Assembly: GCA_023334545.1 (NCBI GenBank)
Contig: JAADVB010000035.1
Span: 42,086 to 106,085, forward strand
DNA length: 64,000 nt
Direction of reading: 5' to 3'
From: Salisapilia sapeloensis CBS 127946
Taxonomy: Eukaryota > Protista > Oomycota
A program made the position numbers and the translations under genes. A model generated the notes under the pieces. It saw only the letters and a list, made by a program, of their open reading frames with translations, ran no database searches and was not told the origin of the DNA. Below, piece by piece: positions 22,251 to 33,966 of the stretch (position 1 is the first letter of the stretch; each line of letters opens with the position of its first letter).

Positions 22251-25023
22251 ATGTCTGATCTACAGATTCAATCGCTTGCCGTCGACTCAAACCTCGTTAC
22301 CGATGACATTTCAGCAAGTGAATCTACATTGTTGACGAATTACAATGGAAAGGAGCACACGAAATTAGACAAAGAGCTTGAAGACACGGACAACAACGGA
22401 AAGGATGATTCAGAAGAAACAATACTCCATGTTGCTGTCCGAAACAACAACATCGAGCTTGTGTGCAAAGAACTTGCCTCTGGTGCTCAGATTGATTCGC
22501 TAAGTACAAGTATGATAATGAATAACAAATCGCACTGCGCGCCTAGCCCCATAAGAACAACAGCTCTCTTGGCAGCATGTCACTATGGATATATAGATAT
22601 TGCCACCACACTACTCGCTGCTGGTGCGAGTATCACGTTTCAAGAGGACAGTGGAAATACAGCACTTCATATTGCAATCAGTGGAGGCCATGAAGACATC
22701 GTCGACGCAATCCTTCAGCGTGAAGCAAAGTGCCCGAGTAATATCGTGAACATGAAGAACATCGAGCACGAAACTCCTCTTCATGTTGCCGCCCGTGAAG
22801 GTGACATGACGAGCGTCCGAAAGCTACTTATGGCAGGCGCGTCCGTCGAAATGGAAGACAGCAGAGGAAGGACGCCATTAGATTTAAGTGTCTTGGAGAA
22901 CCAAGTGGAGTGTGTACAAGAGATTCAGCGAGTTATTGCTGCTGCACCAGCCGCCGTCGGTTTGGGTATCCAGACATTCGACAGTGCAAACCCTGAGGGA
23001 AGTAAGTTGAAACCAAAGGAATCTCTTGAAGAAGGAGTTGGAGATATGGATGAAACCGCGACTTCATTTTATTCCGGCATGTACGGCTATGTGGATGACA
23101 TGAAGCGACAATGCTATGACCTTATCAATGAGTTACAGGTGGAAATAATGGTGATTGCAGACCTTCAAAGGACAAGTACTGACGTGGTTCTAAATTGTGA
23201 ATTACGCTATGTTGTAGGGAGCGCAAGAAGATTGTGGCGATCACTTGACCAAATTGGACAAAGCTCTAGTCATCAACTCTGATCTTATGGGAGACCTGAA
23301 AACGGTATGTTGTTTTGTACCACAATCTCTAGTCTATACTCATGATAGAATGGGATGCAGGAGCGAGAAGCTCGTTCAGATATAGAACAGAGGCTGGCAG
23401 CTAAAGAAGCAGAGTTGCAGCATTTACAGATAGCGCATACAGCAACAGTAAAGAGATGTGAAATGTTGCAGTCGATAGCGGAGCGTGCTCAATTGAAACT
23501 GAAGCAAGAACGACACGAGTTTGCGCAGACAGAGGCGCTGCTAGAGCATAAATTACACCAAGCCTTACAGACGAATAACGATTTGTTAGCATCAATGGCA
23601 GTAGGAGATCCGTCATGGTTTTCCGCGTACGATCGACAATCACAATCACATCATACTGAACCGAAAGAGGAGGAATATGCTTACTATGAAGATCAGAACG
23701 CTGAGTACTATACGAACCAAGCAGATGTGTACGATGAAGCAGCTTATGATGAATACGAATTTTACCCAAGTGCTGTTCACGAAGCATCAACTGAGTGGCA
23801 AGATGCTCAAGAAGGGTACTCGCAAGATGAACAAAGTAAAACGAACGAACTACCACCAGCTATAAATGAAGAAAATATTGCTGGTGAAAACGAAGAGCAT
23901 GTACCATCCAACAGTGAATCTACTACAGAAGCTGTCTGGAAGACGTTTTTCGATAATATTGGGTATGACACAGGGAAAAGAGGAAGTAGTCAAGATGCAG
24001 AGCAAGCGATTGATCAGACATATAAAAACGATGAGGAAGTACCTGCGTATTCGGTCTTTGAGTGTATACAGCTTCAAGATAATGAAGCACTGCATAGCCA
24101 ACTACTTCGAGGCGAATCGCCAAATGACTATCATCCGAATGAACTGAAGACGGCAGTACATTTAGCGTAAGCAATCCTTGTACCTATTTGTTCAAATTTC
24201 AAGAGTACTTGATACATGTGTAGATGTGAGGCCGGTAATGTATTCGCATTGAGCCTTCTGTGGGAATTCGGTGGAGACATAGAGCTTCGTGATGCGGGTG
24301 GCAACTCATGCCTACTCGTTGCTTGCAGTCATGGAAACTACGATTGTGTGAAGTTTCTACTTGAAAGTGCGTGTGACTTGCACGTGATAAATGACGCAGG
24401 TAACACTGCACTTCACCTCGCAGCATGGAAGAATGATTTAGACTGCGTGTTGATTCTCCTTCAATACGGGATCGACCCTACGACTGAGAACCATTTGGGT
24501 TTGACACCACTAGCGAATTTGGAGCAGCAATCAGCACTGCGGAAAAGAATCCACAAACTACCAAGCAACCACTCTTTAAGGCGTACTGTAGAGCTTCTTC
24601 GAGAAGCAGAAGCGTTAGTGGACTCTGATAATGACTCGAGTAATGAAGCTCAAGATGCTGATGATGAACAGGTAAGAAAGAAGTGGAATAAAAGATGAAC
24701 GTAAAGCTTATACGGTCTATATAATAGGAGTCTGATGAAGAGAGCAAGAGATCTAGTTCCGATGATGAGTCTATCTCATCTGCGAGTAGTTGGAGCGAAA
24801 GTGAACTGGCACTGCTAAACGAGACATCATGGACGGTAAACCTTTAAGTTGCCTGAAATTGACATGTACAAATTCTAATCTCAATTATATATACGCATAG
24901 GATTGGCTTTTAGAATTTGGTGGCTTTTTCTCTTGGTTTAAAAGAGAAGATAAACATGGAGATCGTGTGATTGCTGCGCCAGTCGGACAAGGTAGTGAGC
25001 AAGACGAAAATGAAACTGATTGA
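22251..25023 (+). CDS. Ankyrin repeats - coiled coil - acidic region - ankyrin repeats protein, multi-exon
   Basis: Three track ORFs join through GT-AG introns (e.g. KTAVHLA/CEAGN across ~24167-24219). Ankyrin consensus ETILHVA, GNTALHIA, ETPLHVA, GNTALHLA. The last exons and the stop at 25021-25023 are tentative. Confidence 0.7.
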
Positions 25024-25720
25024 GAATGGAAGCTTCAAGAGATCCATACTTCGATTTGCTGCTCAGTAGAGCAACGTCGGCATAGTCATGAGAGGATGCA
25101 TCTCAGTAAAGATACTCATCATTTTGCGTCTCTATCCACTTTTCAAAACTATCTTTTTAAACACGTATGCTACCTTGGATTTTGTTGCGTGTTTTATCAT
25201 TTACGGTAAGCTAAAAACTCCGTAGCATATCAACCGCTTTGCATCCTGCTAAGTAATTAGCTCTGTGTGATTCGATACATTTCTTAGACCCTTTCTCCGG
25301 ATTTCTCCTGCTCTTCCCCCCAAGTTTGGTTCATACTTTAAAACCAAAGACAGTTCTCTGGCAATCTAAGTCGGTATGCCTAAGAATGTACTCTGTATGT
25401 CAAGCAATGCAAGTACCCTATTACAACTGAAATCAATGTATACTATCCCAGGATCAATTGGTATAGCTACAAGCATCTTTATTTTGACCTGCATACTCTG
25501 TGCTGGAAACGTCCATGCCAACGACCCTCCAAGCTACAAAGGAGACAGTTTTGAAATACCGTACGGAACGCAAAGCTACCGTGAGAATCAGTTTATACTA
25601 GAAAATATATACCAATTTAAACTGTCTCGAGAACTATTGTGTCCGGGCAAATAAAAGTCCCGAAGCATCATCCTCTACCGTCTAGATTCGCGACGGTGCT
25701 TGTACTGCCCTCCCAACTCC

Positions 25721-26344
25721 ATGGCGACTCCATCTTCATCCCCAAGCCTTGGACCACGTCCGCCCATCTCCACCGTGCCCGACTTGTGTCTTTTACGCGA
25801 CAAGCTGAGCCAAATCGCCGTCGGGAGAGATGATTCGGACGAGGAGCCCATACCGCCGCCGCGTCGAGTGACCCCGCACTTCCAAGTGTTTCCGATAGAT
25901 CAAGTGCATTCGATGACCCCACCATCATCTCCACAGCCTCGCAGCCTGCTACGTTCTCACTTCCAGTCAAAATGTGTTCACGATCACGTCGCGACTTCCC
26001 CCAGCTCCATCGCCAACACGCTGGCTATATCCCAGCCGATGTCTTCGGAAGCTCCTCCTTATACTCCTAGTCTACGCAAGCGCAAGTCGTTCCACATGGA
26101 TGAAAGCAGCGATGGTCATGTGGAAGACCAACGCTTGCGCAAGATGCCGAGCCATCGTGAAATTCGTTTCGTCGAAGACGAGAACGACATGTCTCGACGA
26201 AGTCGTAGTCAAAGCTGTTACGAGAACGGGTCGGAGTTGAAACGAGGTGAGAAGGATGTTCGGATGGAACAAGACGATCCGCCACGACTTCTCCCACCAC
26301 GATTCACACTAGGCAAGCATGGCCAAGTCCCTGCTTGTTCCTAA
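25721..26344 (+). CDS. Hypothetical Pro/Ser-rich disordered protein (207 aa)
   Basis: Long GC-rich ORF from ATG 25721 with low-complexity composition, a basic LRKRK patch and REIRF. Confidence 0.65.
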   Translation: MATPSSSPSLGPRPPISTVPDLCLLRDKLSQIAVGRDDSDEEPIPPPRRVTPHFQVFPIDQVHSMTPPSSPQPRSLLRSHFQSKCVHDHVATSPSSIANTLAISQPMSSEAPPYTPSLRKRKSFHMDESSDGHVEDQRLRKMPSHREIRFVEDENDMSRRSRSQSCYENGSELKRGEKDVRMEQDDPPRLLPPRFTLGKHGQVPACS

Positions 26345-26787
26345 GACAGTCGTGATTGAATGTAATACTGATAAGCTATAGTACGTAAATGTGTCTTCCC
26401 TCAATAAAAAGTCTTCTTGATAATTTGTTCGTGTGAAGTATCTCGTTGACGTGGATTTCTTCTACGTTTACGATGCGCATATATACCAGCAGCAAAGCTC
26501 ATCTCTGGCTCTTCGGGTTTTTAATGGGAGGGAAGACATGCTGACTCGATCCTCTAGCTTATGTAACCGAAGGATCCTAGCTCTTTACTATTTCTACACG
26601 CTTCTCTGTAGTACATTCCTCATTCCTTCACTAGCTTCGCTCATGTCGATGTGAGCCAGAAGAGGAGCCTAGATACTAAATGTATGTCTGATGATTGTCG
26701 AAGAGAAATGAATGACCTGATGCTCGTATCAATGGCAATGGTTTATTCTTTTCATCCACTACGTCCTTATCTAGAACACGTATGCAT

Positions 26788-29057
26788 CTAAAAGTTGACC
26801 AGTCCATTGAACGCTTGGTTCTGTCGCTGTTGTTTCGCCTGCTGTTGTTGCTGCGACGTCTGGAAGTTCTGTCCATATCCCATGCCTTGCATGCCCATAT
26901 TCTGCATATTCATACCACCATTCGGCTGCATACCTTGCTGCATATTCATTCCACCATTCGGCTGCATGCCCTGTTGCATGTTCCCCATCGGCATGGGCGC
27001 GTTGCCATAGCCCATACCAGGTCGAGGCTGCATGCCCATCCCAGCATTCTGCTGCATCTGTGGAGGTTGCTGCGGCTTACCTCTGCCCAAGTTTCCAAGA
27101 TCCACGAGCGAAGAACCTGCACCCCAGGCATCATTCCGAGCATTCGAAGGCGCAGGAGCAGGAGAACGAAGTTGAGACGCATTCGACTGGCCCATGTTCC
27201 CATTGTTCATACCGTATCCGCCCATGGGGTTCTGCATCATGTTCATCTGCTGCTGTGGCATGTTCATAGGTGCAGGTGGAGCACCTTGACTCATGTTCAT
27301 GCCCATGGATGGAGCTTGAGACTGTTGGAAACCTCCGAATTGAGATGCGTTCTGCTGATTCGCAAATGCATTCGACGGTTGCTGCGGCTGAGGAGCAGAT
27401 TGGAAGGCATTAAACGACTGTTGGGACTGCTGCTGCTGTTGAGGAGCAGATTGGAAGGCGTTAAAAGACTGCTGGGACTGCTGCGGAGCCGACTGGAAGG
27501 CATTAAAGGCCTGTTGGTTCTGTTGGGACTGCTGAGGTTGCTGTGGGGCGGACTGGAAAGCGTCAAAGGACTGCTGACCGCCACCGGAGAACGGGTCGAA
27601 CGAGTTATTCGTAGCGGCCGCTGTACAGGTGTGAGCATAGTGATAAGATGTAGAGTATAGAGACGTACGTTGAGGTGCAGGTGTGTTGAAGAAGTCGTCG
27701 TCCAAGAGAGATGGCTCGGGAGCTTGCTGTTTCACTTCTTCTTCCTCTTCCTTTGGCGCCTACTAGATCGATCAGCTTTGAATACAGGATCTAGCACAGT
27801 CGTAGCAAACCTTTTTCTTGCGTGCGCTACGACGCTTGGAAGCAGCTCGCCGTCGAGAACGTCGCTATAAACTCAAGTCAGATACGATTATACCATCGCT
27901 AGAGTTGCAAACATACCTCGTCTTCAGACGACTCAGACTCTTCGCTTTCTTCTTCGTCTGCATTTTTACTATTAATCCTTGCTTGTACGATATGCAGGGC
28001 AAAGGTACTACCGTCACGACCGCTTTGACTGTTGCTTTCCTCGGCATAATGACTCGAATATGGTTTCGAAGCGGTTGGACTCGGACCCTTGTAGCCTCCA
28101 CCACTGTACTCGCCACCATTATATCCGCCACCGTTGTATCCGCCGGCATTGTACCCTCCACCACCGTTGTATCCGCTACTGCTAAAGCTGCTGGAGCCAG
28201 GGTATCCAGTATTACCAAAGCCACTAGAGCTGACGCTACTCATACTGCCCATGCCACCAGACATACCGCTACCCATACTACCCATGCTTCCCATGCTGCC
28301 CATGCTGCCCATGCCACCGGTCATACCTCCGCCGCCACCGATACCAGTGAACTTGTTGCGCAGACTGGCTGCCTTCTCACGTTCTGTCCGGATCTGGTCG
28401 TTGTCGTTCAAGAGATCCAAGAGCTGCTTGGACTTTTCACGAACTAGCAATACGTTAGTCTCGACCTACTGCAGTCTGTATCGACAATAGGCTACCTCCT
28501 GTTCCTTTCTCAGACGTGCCGTCGTGGTAGGAAAAGTTGGAGAGTGTACGTAGTTTGAACATGTGATCTCTAGCATTCTCAATCACACGCTCATTTCCGT
28601 GCTTGACCAAATGCTCCAAGAGACATAATCCCTATTATTCTATTACTTCCTGACATTTATTAGAGTACCAAAGGTAAATGTACCTTGTAGACTGTACGCC
28701 ATTGTCGAGCACTGACGTCCATGGACTCCCACACACGTCGCATGATGACAGAAAAGGATTCACTAGAGGCATGTGACATAAGTGGATAGAGCGACGGAGG
28801 ATGCTTATAGACGTACTAGTCGTAAGTCAGTTGAGCGATTTCATTCAATTGAGTGCTGGAAGCTCCCCAATTCTTGTTCGATAACGCTTCTTCCATCTTC
28901 CTCTCAACATCGGTACCGATCCGAGCCTTGACCATGCCCTTGCTATACGATCATCATGCCACGTATAAGCTATAGTAGATGAGGGAGATGAAACGGGAGG
29001 GAGAACGTACGCATCGTCGACATAGTTACGAAGCTTGTCGATCGTAAATTTATCCAT
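26788..29057 (-). CDS. ENTH-domain epsin-family clathrin adaptor (epsinR/CLINT1-like), multi-exon
   Basis: Spliced ENTH: MEEALSNKNWGASSTQLNEIAQLTYDY...QWRTVYK-GLCLLEHLVKHGNERV...VREKSKQLLDLLND...EREKA. The tail carries SLLDDDFF, SLVDL and DPF motifs and is Met/Gln-rich. Confidence 0.9.
26895..27600 (-). repeat. Coding tandem repeats in the epsin tail (AFNAFQSAPQQ about x4; MQPNGGMNMQ x2)
   Basis: Directly visible in the translation of ORF 26788..27735 and as near-identical DNA repeats. Confidence 0.85.
28090..28340 (-). repeat. Coding low-complexity repeats in epsin (GGYNG and MGS units)
   Basis: GYNGGGGYNAGGYNGGGYNGG and MGSMGSMGSMGSMGS in ORF 27899..28450. Confidence 0.85.
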
Positions 29058-29548
29058 GGAGAAGATGAATGGAGCTACAAGGCAGAGGAGAAGCTCGTAC
29101 TCGGTCTCCCAGGCTCTTCGAGGCCAAATGTGCATCTAATTCGGGACTTGAGGCTGTGATTGGCCGAAAATGGAAAATCTTCAAACGGTGCTGAATAAAT
29201 CGATCCGAGCATGCCATGAGCCTTTGCAAATGCGATCTACTGCCTTCTATCCTCCTTAATGGATGCCGTCAGTCACATCTACTACCACAATCTTCCTACC
29301 GTAGTTGTAAGAATATAGCAAAAGATTGTCATTGACTGCGAATTACGAAGTCGTCTTTACATCGTATCCACTATAAGCTTTAGCCAGGAGTATCGAATAG
29401 CTCAGTGTGTGCGTGGGGACTGGGACACAGGTCTAGAACGATGAAAGAGAGGCTTACTTGTAGCACTAGTTTATCGGATCATGCAGTCAATTAGACGTTA
29501 TAAATCAAGACAGTTTTTAAACTGTTTGAAAACACTTTTGGCGGGCAG

Positions 29549-30385
29549 ATGGAGACGGCGTCGCTGGATGAGCGCTTTGAGCAGCTCCAGCATCAAGAGA
29601 AGTTGTCTTGGGACGACACAAAAGGGTTGGCACGCTTGCTAACGGAGTCTTTGACGCACTATGGTTCTGGAGGATTGGAGGAGATTCGGTCCATCCGACA
29701 GCGATTAATCGAATGCAGCCACAAATGCCATGAAGAGCGCGATGTTGCTGCGAAAGAGCGTCAACGTAGTTTATACTATCATATTGAAGTATTTCGGGAT
29801 GCTGAAATATGAAGATAGAACGGGAGGAAAGTCAGCATGAATGGCAGCAATTGGAACGAGAAGCTCGAGCGAGTTTGGATAAATTGAGATTTCGCGTGAA
29901 AGAATTGGAGACGAGGGAGAAGCAGATCACGAACGAATTGGAAAAGTTGCGTGCACAAGAGTCTTCTGCGAAAGAAAGGTTGGAGGATGTGAAGACGAGA
30001 TTGGCCGAGACGGAGCAAGAGCTGACGGATTATGAAGTGGTGAATGAAGATGACATTCCAGAAGCCAAGTAAGACTGTTGCTATCGGACTATTGTGGTAT
30101 TTCTGACAGGATGTGATCGTAGGCATCAAATCAGTCTATATGCTTCAGCAACTGGGATTAAATTCGATACTGATGGAGGACAGACGTCTGGACGTATGTG
30201 CATACTATGGCTATTTCATGTCGATGTGGAGGCTAACGATGGATGTGATAGAAATTTATGTTCCTACGAGTCGAGGAGGTCGGATTCTGGACTTTGCTAT
30301 TGAAGACAATTTGTCCGAGTTCCAAGTTGCAAATGCGTTGTGGGATAAAGTGAATGAGGCATTTGGGGATCGAGAGAAACATTAG
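29549..30385 (+). CDS. SPC24: Putative kinetochore protein Spc24 (Ndc80 complex), 4 exons
   Basis: Spliced product: N-terminal coiled coil, then KHQISLYASATGIKFDTDGGQTSGQIYVP...ILDFAIEDNLSEFQVANALWDKV. This matches the Spc24 RWD-like head pattern (LYxxxTxI...F..xxxW). Confidence 0.68.
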
Positions 30386-31138
30386 CACAAGCAGTCTTTC
30401 GACTTGTTAATGAAATACAATGTTCCTTAATTTACATGCACAGAGAATTTCGTTGTACGTAGTTTGGATGTCAAAGTATGGATGTAAGGAAGCTCTTAGG
30501 TGGAACATTTGCGAGACCGAGAGCTTGTGAGTACAACATGGAGTCAACGTCGAAACACAGACTGGCCACTTGGTGTATGTAGTTTAGTTTGAAGTACTTC
30601 GTCGCCTTCGTGCAAGCGAGATATTAAGTAAGTATGCTAGTTGCAAGTGATAGTCGAGAAGAGAGGAAGAGCTCGACACAAAATGTAAGCTATCAAGTGG
30701 CATACCCAACAATGCAGTCATATATACTTAAAGAATATACCCATGACGACAAAATACAAGATGGTCGAGTATTCGGTGATATGCAAGCATCCAATGCATC
30801 GTAATCGAGCATGCATAGAGGAATCAAATCTACTATCCGTGCCGTTTTTATGGAACACCAAACAGTCGTATCCACTTTTCATAGACATGACTGCTCCACA
30901 AATTTGTCGACCGACTTCTTGCCAATTGAGACGGAGCACAGAGTACACCTATGGTACTGTTGGACACGATCTATTTTATACCAATCGGTTGATAGAAATC
31001 AGAATTTCAGCCAACCCGATCTGATATTCTCGACACGAGTTGAGACTACTGCAGAAGAGCTTCCTTCGGTGCGACTCGGTAGTCTGGAAGTATCATTGCC
31101 TCCTTTTCTAGTCGGTCGAAGAACACGAGCAAGTGAAG

Positions 31139-33966
31139 ATGGCACAGGAATTGATTGAAAACCAACGATGGTTCCCTTTGACGGTATGATTTGTCTATAT
31201 AAAACGTATTGGCTTCTTCTCATTGCTATCATGCACAAGCAGGGATGGTCGTATCAGCTGCATGTGGATGATCCACCTGCGTGGTGTACGCCTCAACAAG
31301 TTGCATGTCTGAGCAAAGATGAATTCCCGGATCTAGAGTGGAACTGCTACAAAGGAGACGAGTACGATCAGGACGGATGGTTATATGGCGAAAGCTTTGG
31401 TGGTGAAATGGGCAAGAAAACCATGTCATCCGTCGTCCGGACGCGTGTATGGATGGGGTGGCCGTCTGGAGAAGCACCGTCGGATGCTGAAATGCAGCAG
31501 AATGTCCAATTACCAGCTATCACTACAAAAGCACCAGCATCGAGTCAAGACGAAGAAGAAGATGATTTCGTTTTGTTTCCTTCTCCAGATAGTAGTGTAT
31601 CCCTAAAGTCTTCTGCACCAAACGGAGCGTCCTCCTCTCTTCCACCCATCACCAAGACAGAGAAAGAAAACGGTTTTTCCAGGTTCATGTCCATGGCTGG
31701 ATCGAGCATTAAAGAGGCATCGCTCATGGCATTCGAAAGTGCCCAAGCAGCAACTACTAACGCCTGGAACCCCCAGCCAGAGCTTCCACCCAACCGTCGT
31801 CGCCCTTCAGGTCCGAGAAGACCATCGACTATGGCACATGGTAGGGGCGAGATGAACGACGAAGAGGTGCAGGCGATGCAAGCGAAGAAATTCCCAGACC
31901 TGTCACCTGTAGATCGCAGTCTTGTCAGTGTCTGTGCAGACGACGTGCATGTCAAATTTAACCAGTTCGAGCCGACGAACACATCTACTTGTCGCGAATG
32001 TGGCGTCGAATTCGGTGTCACCAAGTTCCGTTTCAATTGCGGCTACTGCATGGACTCTTTCTGTCGAGAACATGTGCCTCATTGGGAAGTGCTGCATGCA
32101 TTTGGCCATACCTCTCCATCTCGACTATGTGATAACTGTCACATCGTGCTGGAAGAGCGTAAGGACCAGCAGCTTATCCAATGGCGAAATGAACGTGTCA
32201 AGGACTTTTTAAATGGATCCTTGTCTCTGTACTTTAATACGACGTCTGATACGAAGATGGATAAAGTGACAAGAGCAGTCGGTGGGACGTTTAAGATCGC
32301 GAAAGAAGCGCCTATTGGATCTGCTGCGAAGGCGGCCGTAGTGAGTGCAGACTTCCTCCTCAAGTACGGTCGCACAGGTCTCCTCGGCATCGTCCTACGC
32401 AATGAGTTCATGCAGTCGTTTGCGACATTGAAAGGTCTCATCGGTGACGTTGGGGACCTTAGTTTCCAGGACGCAGCGCTCGGAACGTACTACTTTATGG
32501 CGATGAATCGTGGTGGTCGTGGTGCCAATCCATATGCAGAGAAAGAGGCACACAGAGGAGACAAAGCGATTTCCGATGAGCTGCTGACAGATATACTTCG
32601 ATACGCTCCTTTGGCGTTGCACGCCATCTACGAAGTGAACATCTTAGATCTCCAGCGTATCGCCAAGCTCCAGACGTTTTCTCTTGTCTATGCGAATCTG
32701 CAGAGTCAGGATATCCGCTATCCATCATTTGCCTTATTAGGGAGTAAGGAGAAGAAGACTGCGTTGCTGTTGATTCGAGGATCAAAGAGCGTGCAGGACT
32801 TGTTGACGGATATTCAGGCACATCCGGAAGAGATGGGTGGAGACAATGGGAGTGGAGAAGCGAATGGAGGCGCAGTCGACGCGTTTGCACATAATGGGAT
32901 GCTAAAGGCTGCGATGTGGATGAAAGATCGGATAGTCGGGTCTTTACGATTGTTGCATCAAGAAGGATACAAGATTGTGTTTGCAGGTCACTCGCTTGGT
33001 GCTGGATGTGCTGCTTTGCTTGCTATTATGCTCCAGAAAGAGTTTCCGGGTTTAGTGTGTTATGCATATGCGATTCCTGCTTGTGTCACGTACGGATTAG
33101 CCGAGTCATGTACGTCGTTTGTTCATTCGATTGTCCTTCGAGACGATGTCGTACCACGTACCAAAGCTTCGAACGTCGTCAAGCTCGTCCAAGCGCTGCA
33201 AGACTTTCGGACGGAATGGAGGGAAGCAGCATCGGAGGATCTGAGTGCATTCGGAAAGCGTGTGTCGACGTTGTGGGCACCTCGTAAGCGAGAGTGGGCA
33301 GCACAGGACGCAGATACCTTGCCTCCGAGTACGAAGAAGGTTCCTGCAGATGATACGCAGGTGACGCATGCAGATGATGCAAGTGATGAAACGTCGTGGT
33401 CTGTAAACAAAGCGAATTTGGTTGAAAAGATGGAAGAGACAATGGAACGAGAGGAGAAATCTGCTTCTGTACCGATGGAAGTGGAGAGAAGTGAAGCGGA
33501 AGTGATGGAGGAAATGATTATGGATATTGTAGAAGATCCGAAGGAACTGTTTGTACCTGGGCAAGTGACGCACATGTACTATCATAAAGGGATCTATGAA
33601 GCAGTACATGTCGACCGTCGTTGTCCGGACTTAAGTCAGATCCCAGTCTTTCAAAACATGTTGGTGGATCACGTGGGCAAGAGCTACCTGAATGCCATGC
33701 GTATCGTTCGCGATTCGAGACGTATGAAACCAGATTTGCCAGAGTGGGTGCCGTTTGGAACCAAGACCAAGTGCATGCTTTGTGAGTCGCCGTTCACGTG
33801 GAACTCGACGTCGCAGAGTGAAGCACAACAGAATCGTGATCAGCATAATTGTATCCGATGTGGATTGCTCGTGTGTGAGGGCTGTTCCGAGAAGACGGCG
33901 TCCATCCCACAGTACGGTATCAATGATCCTGTTCGTATTTGCGACCGGTGCTACTTTGAGTCGTAA
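31139..33966 (+). CDS. DysF (dysferlin/Pex24-type) + FYVE + class 3 lipase + FYVE protein
   Basis: Exon 1 (ATG 31139; intron 31184-31242) gives ENQRWFPLT/GWSYQLHVDDPPAW...DQDGWLYGESF...VVRTRVW. Two Cys-rich FYVE-type fingers flank a lipase_3 domain with GHSLGAG. A further upstream exon cannot be excluded. Confidence 0.85.

Noticed and set aside
26782-28490. Long plus-strand ORFs opposite the epsin gene
   Set aside because: Produced by low-complexity repeats on the coding strand.
30386-31138. Short ORFs between Spc24 and the FYVE-lipase gene, including a PDYRVAP hydrolase-like peptide on the minus strand
   Set aside because: No consistent splice path or extended similarity.
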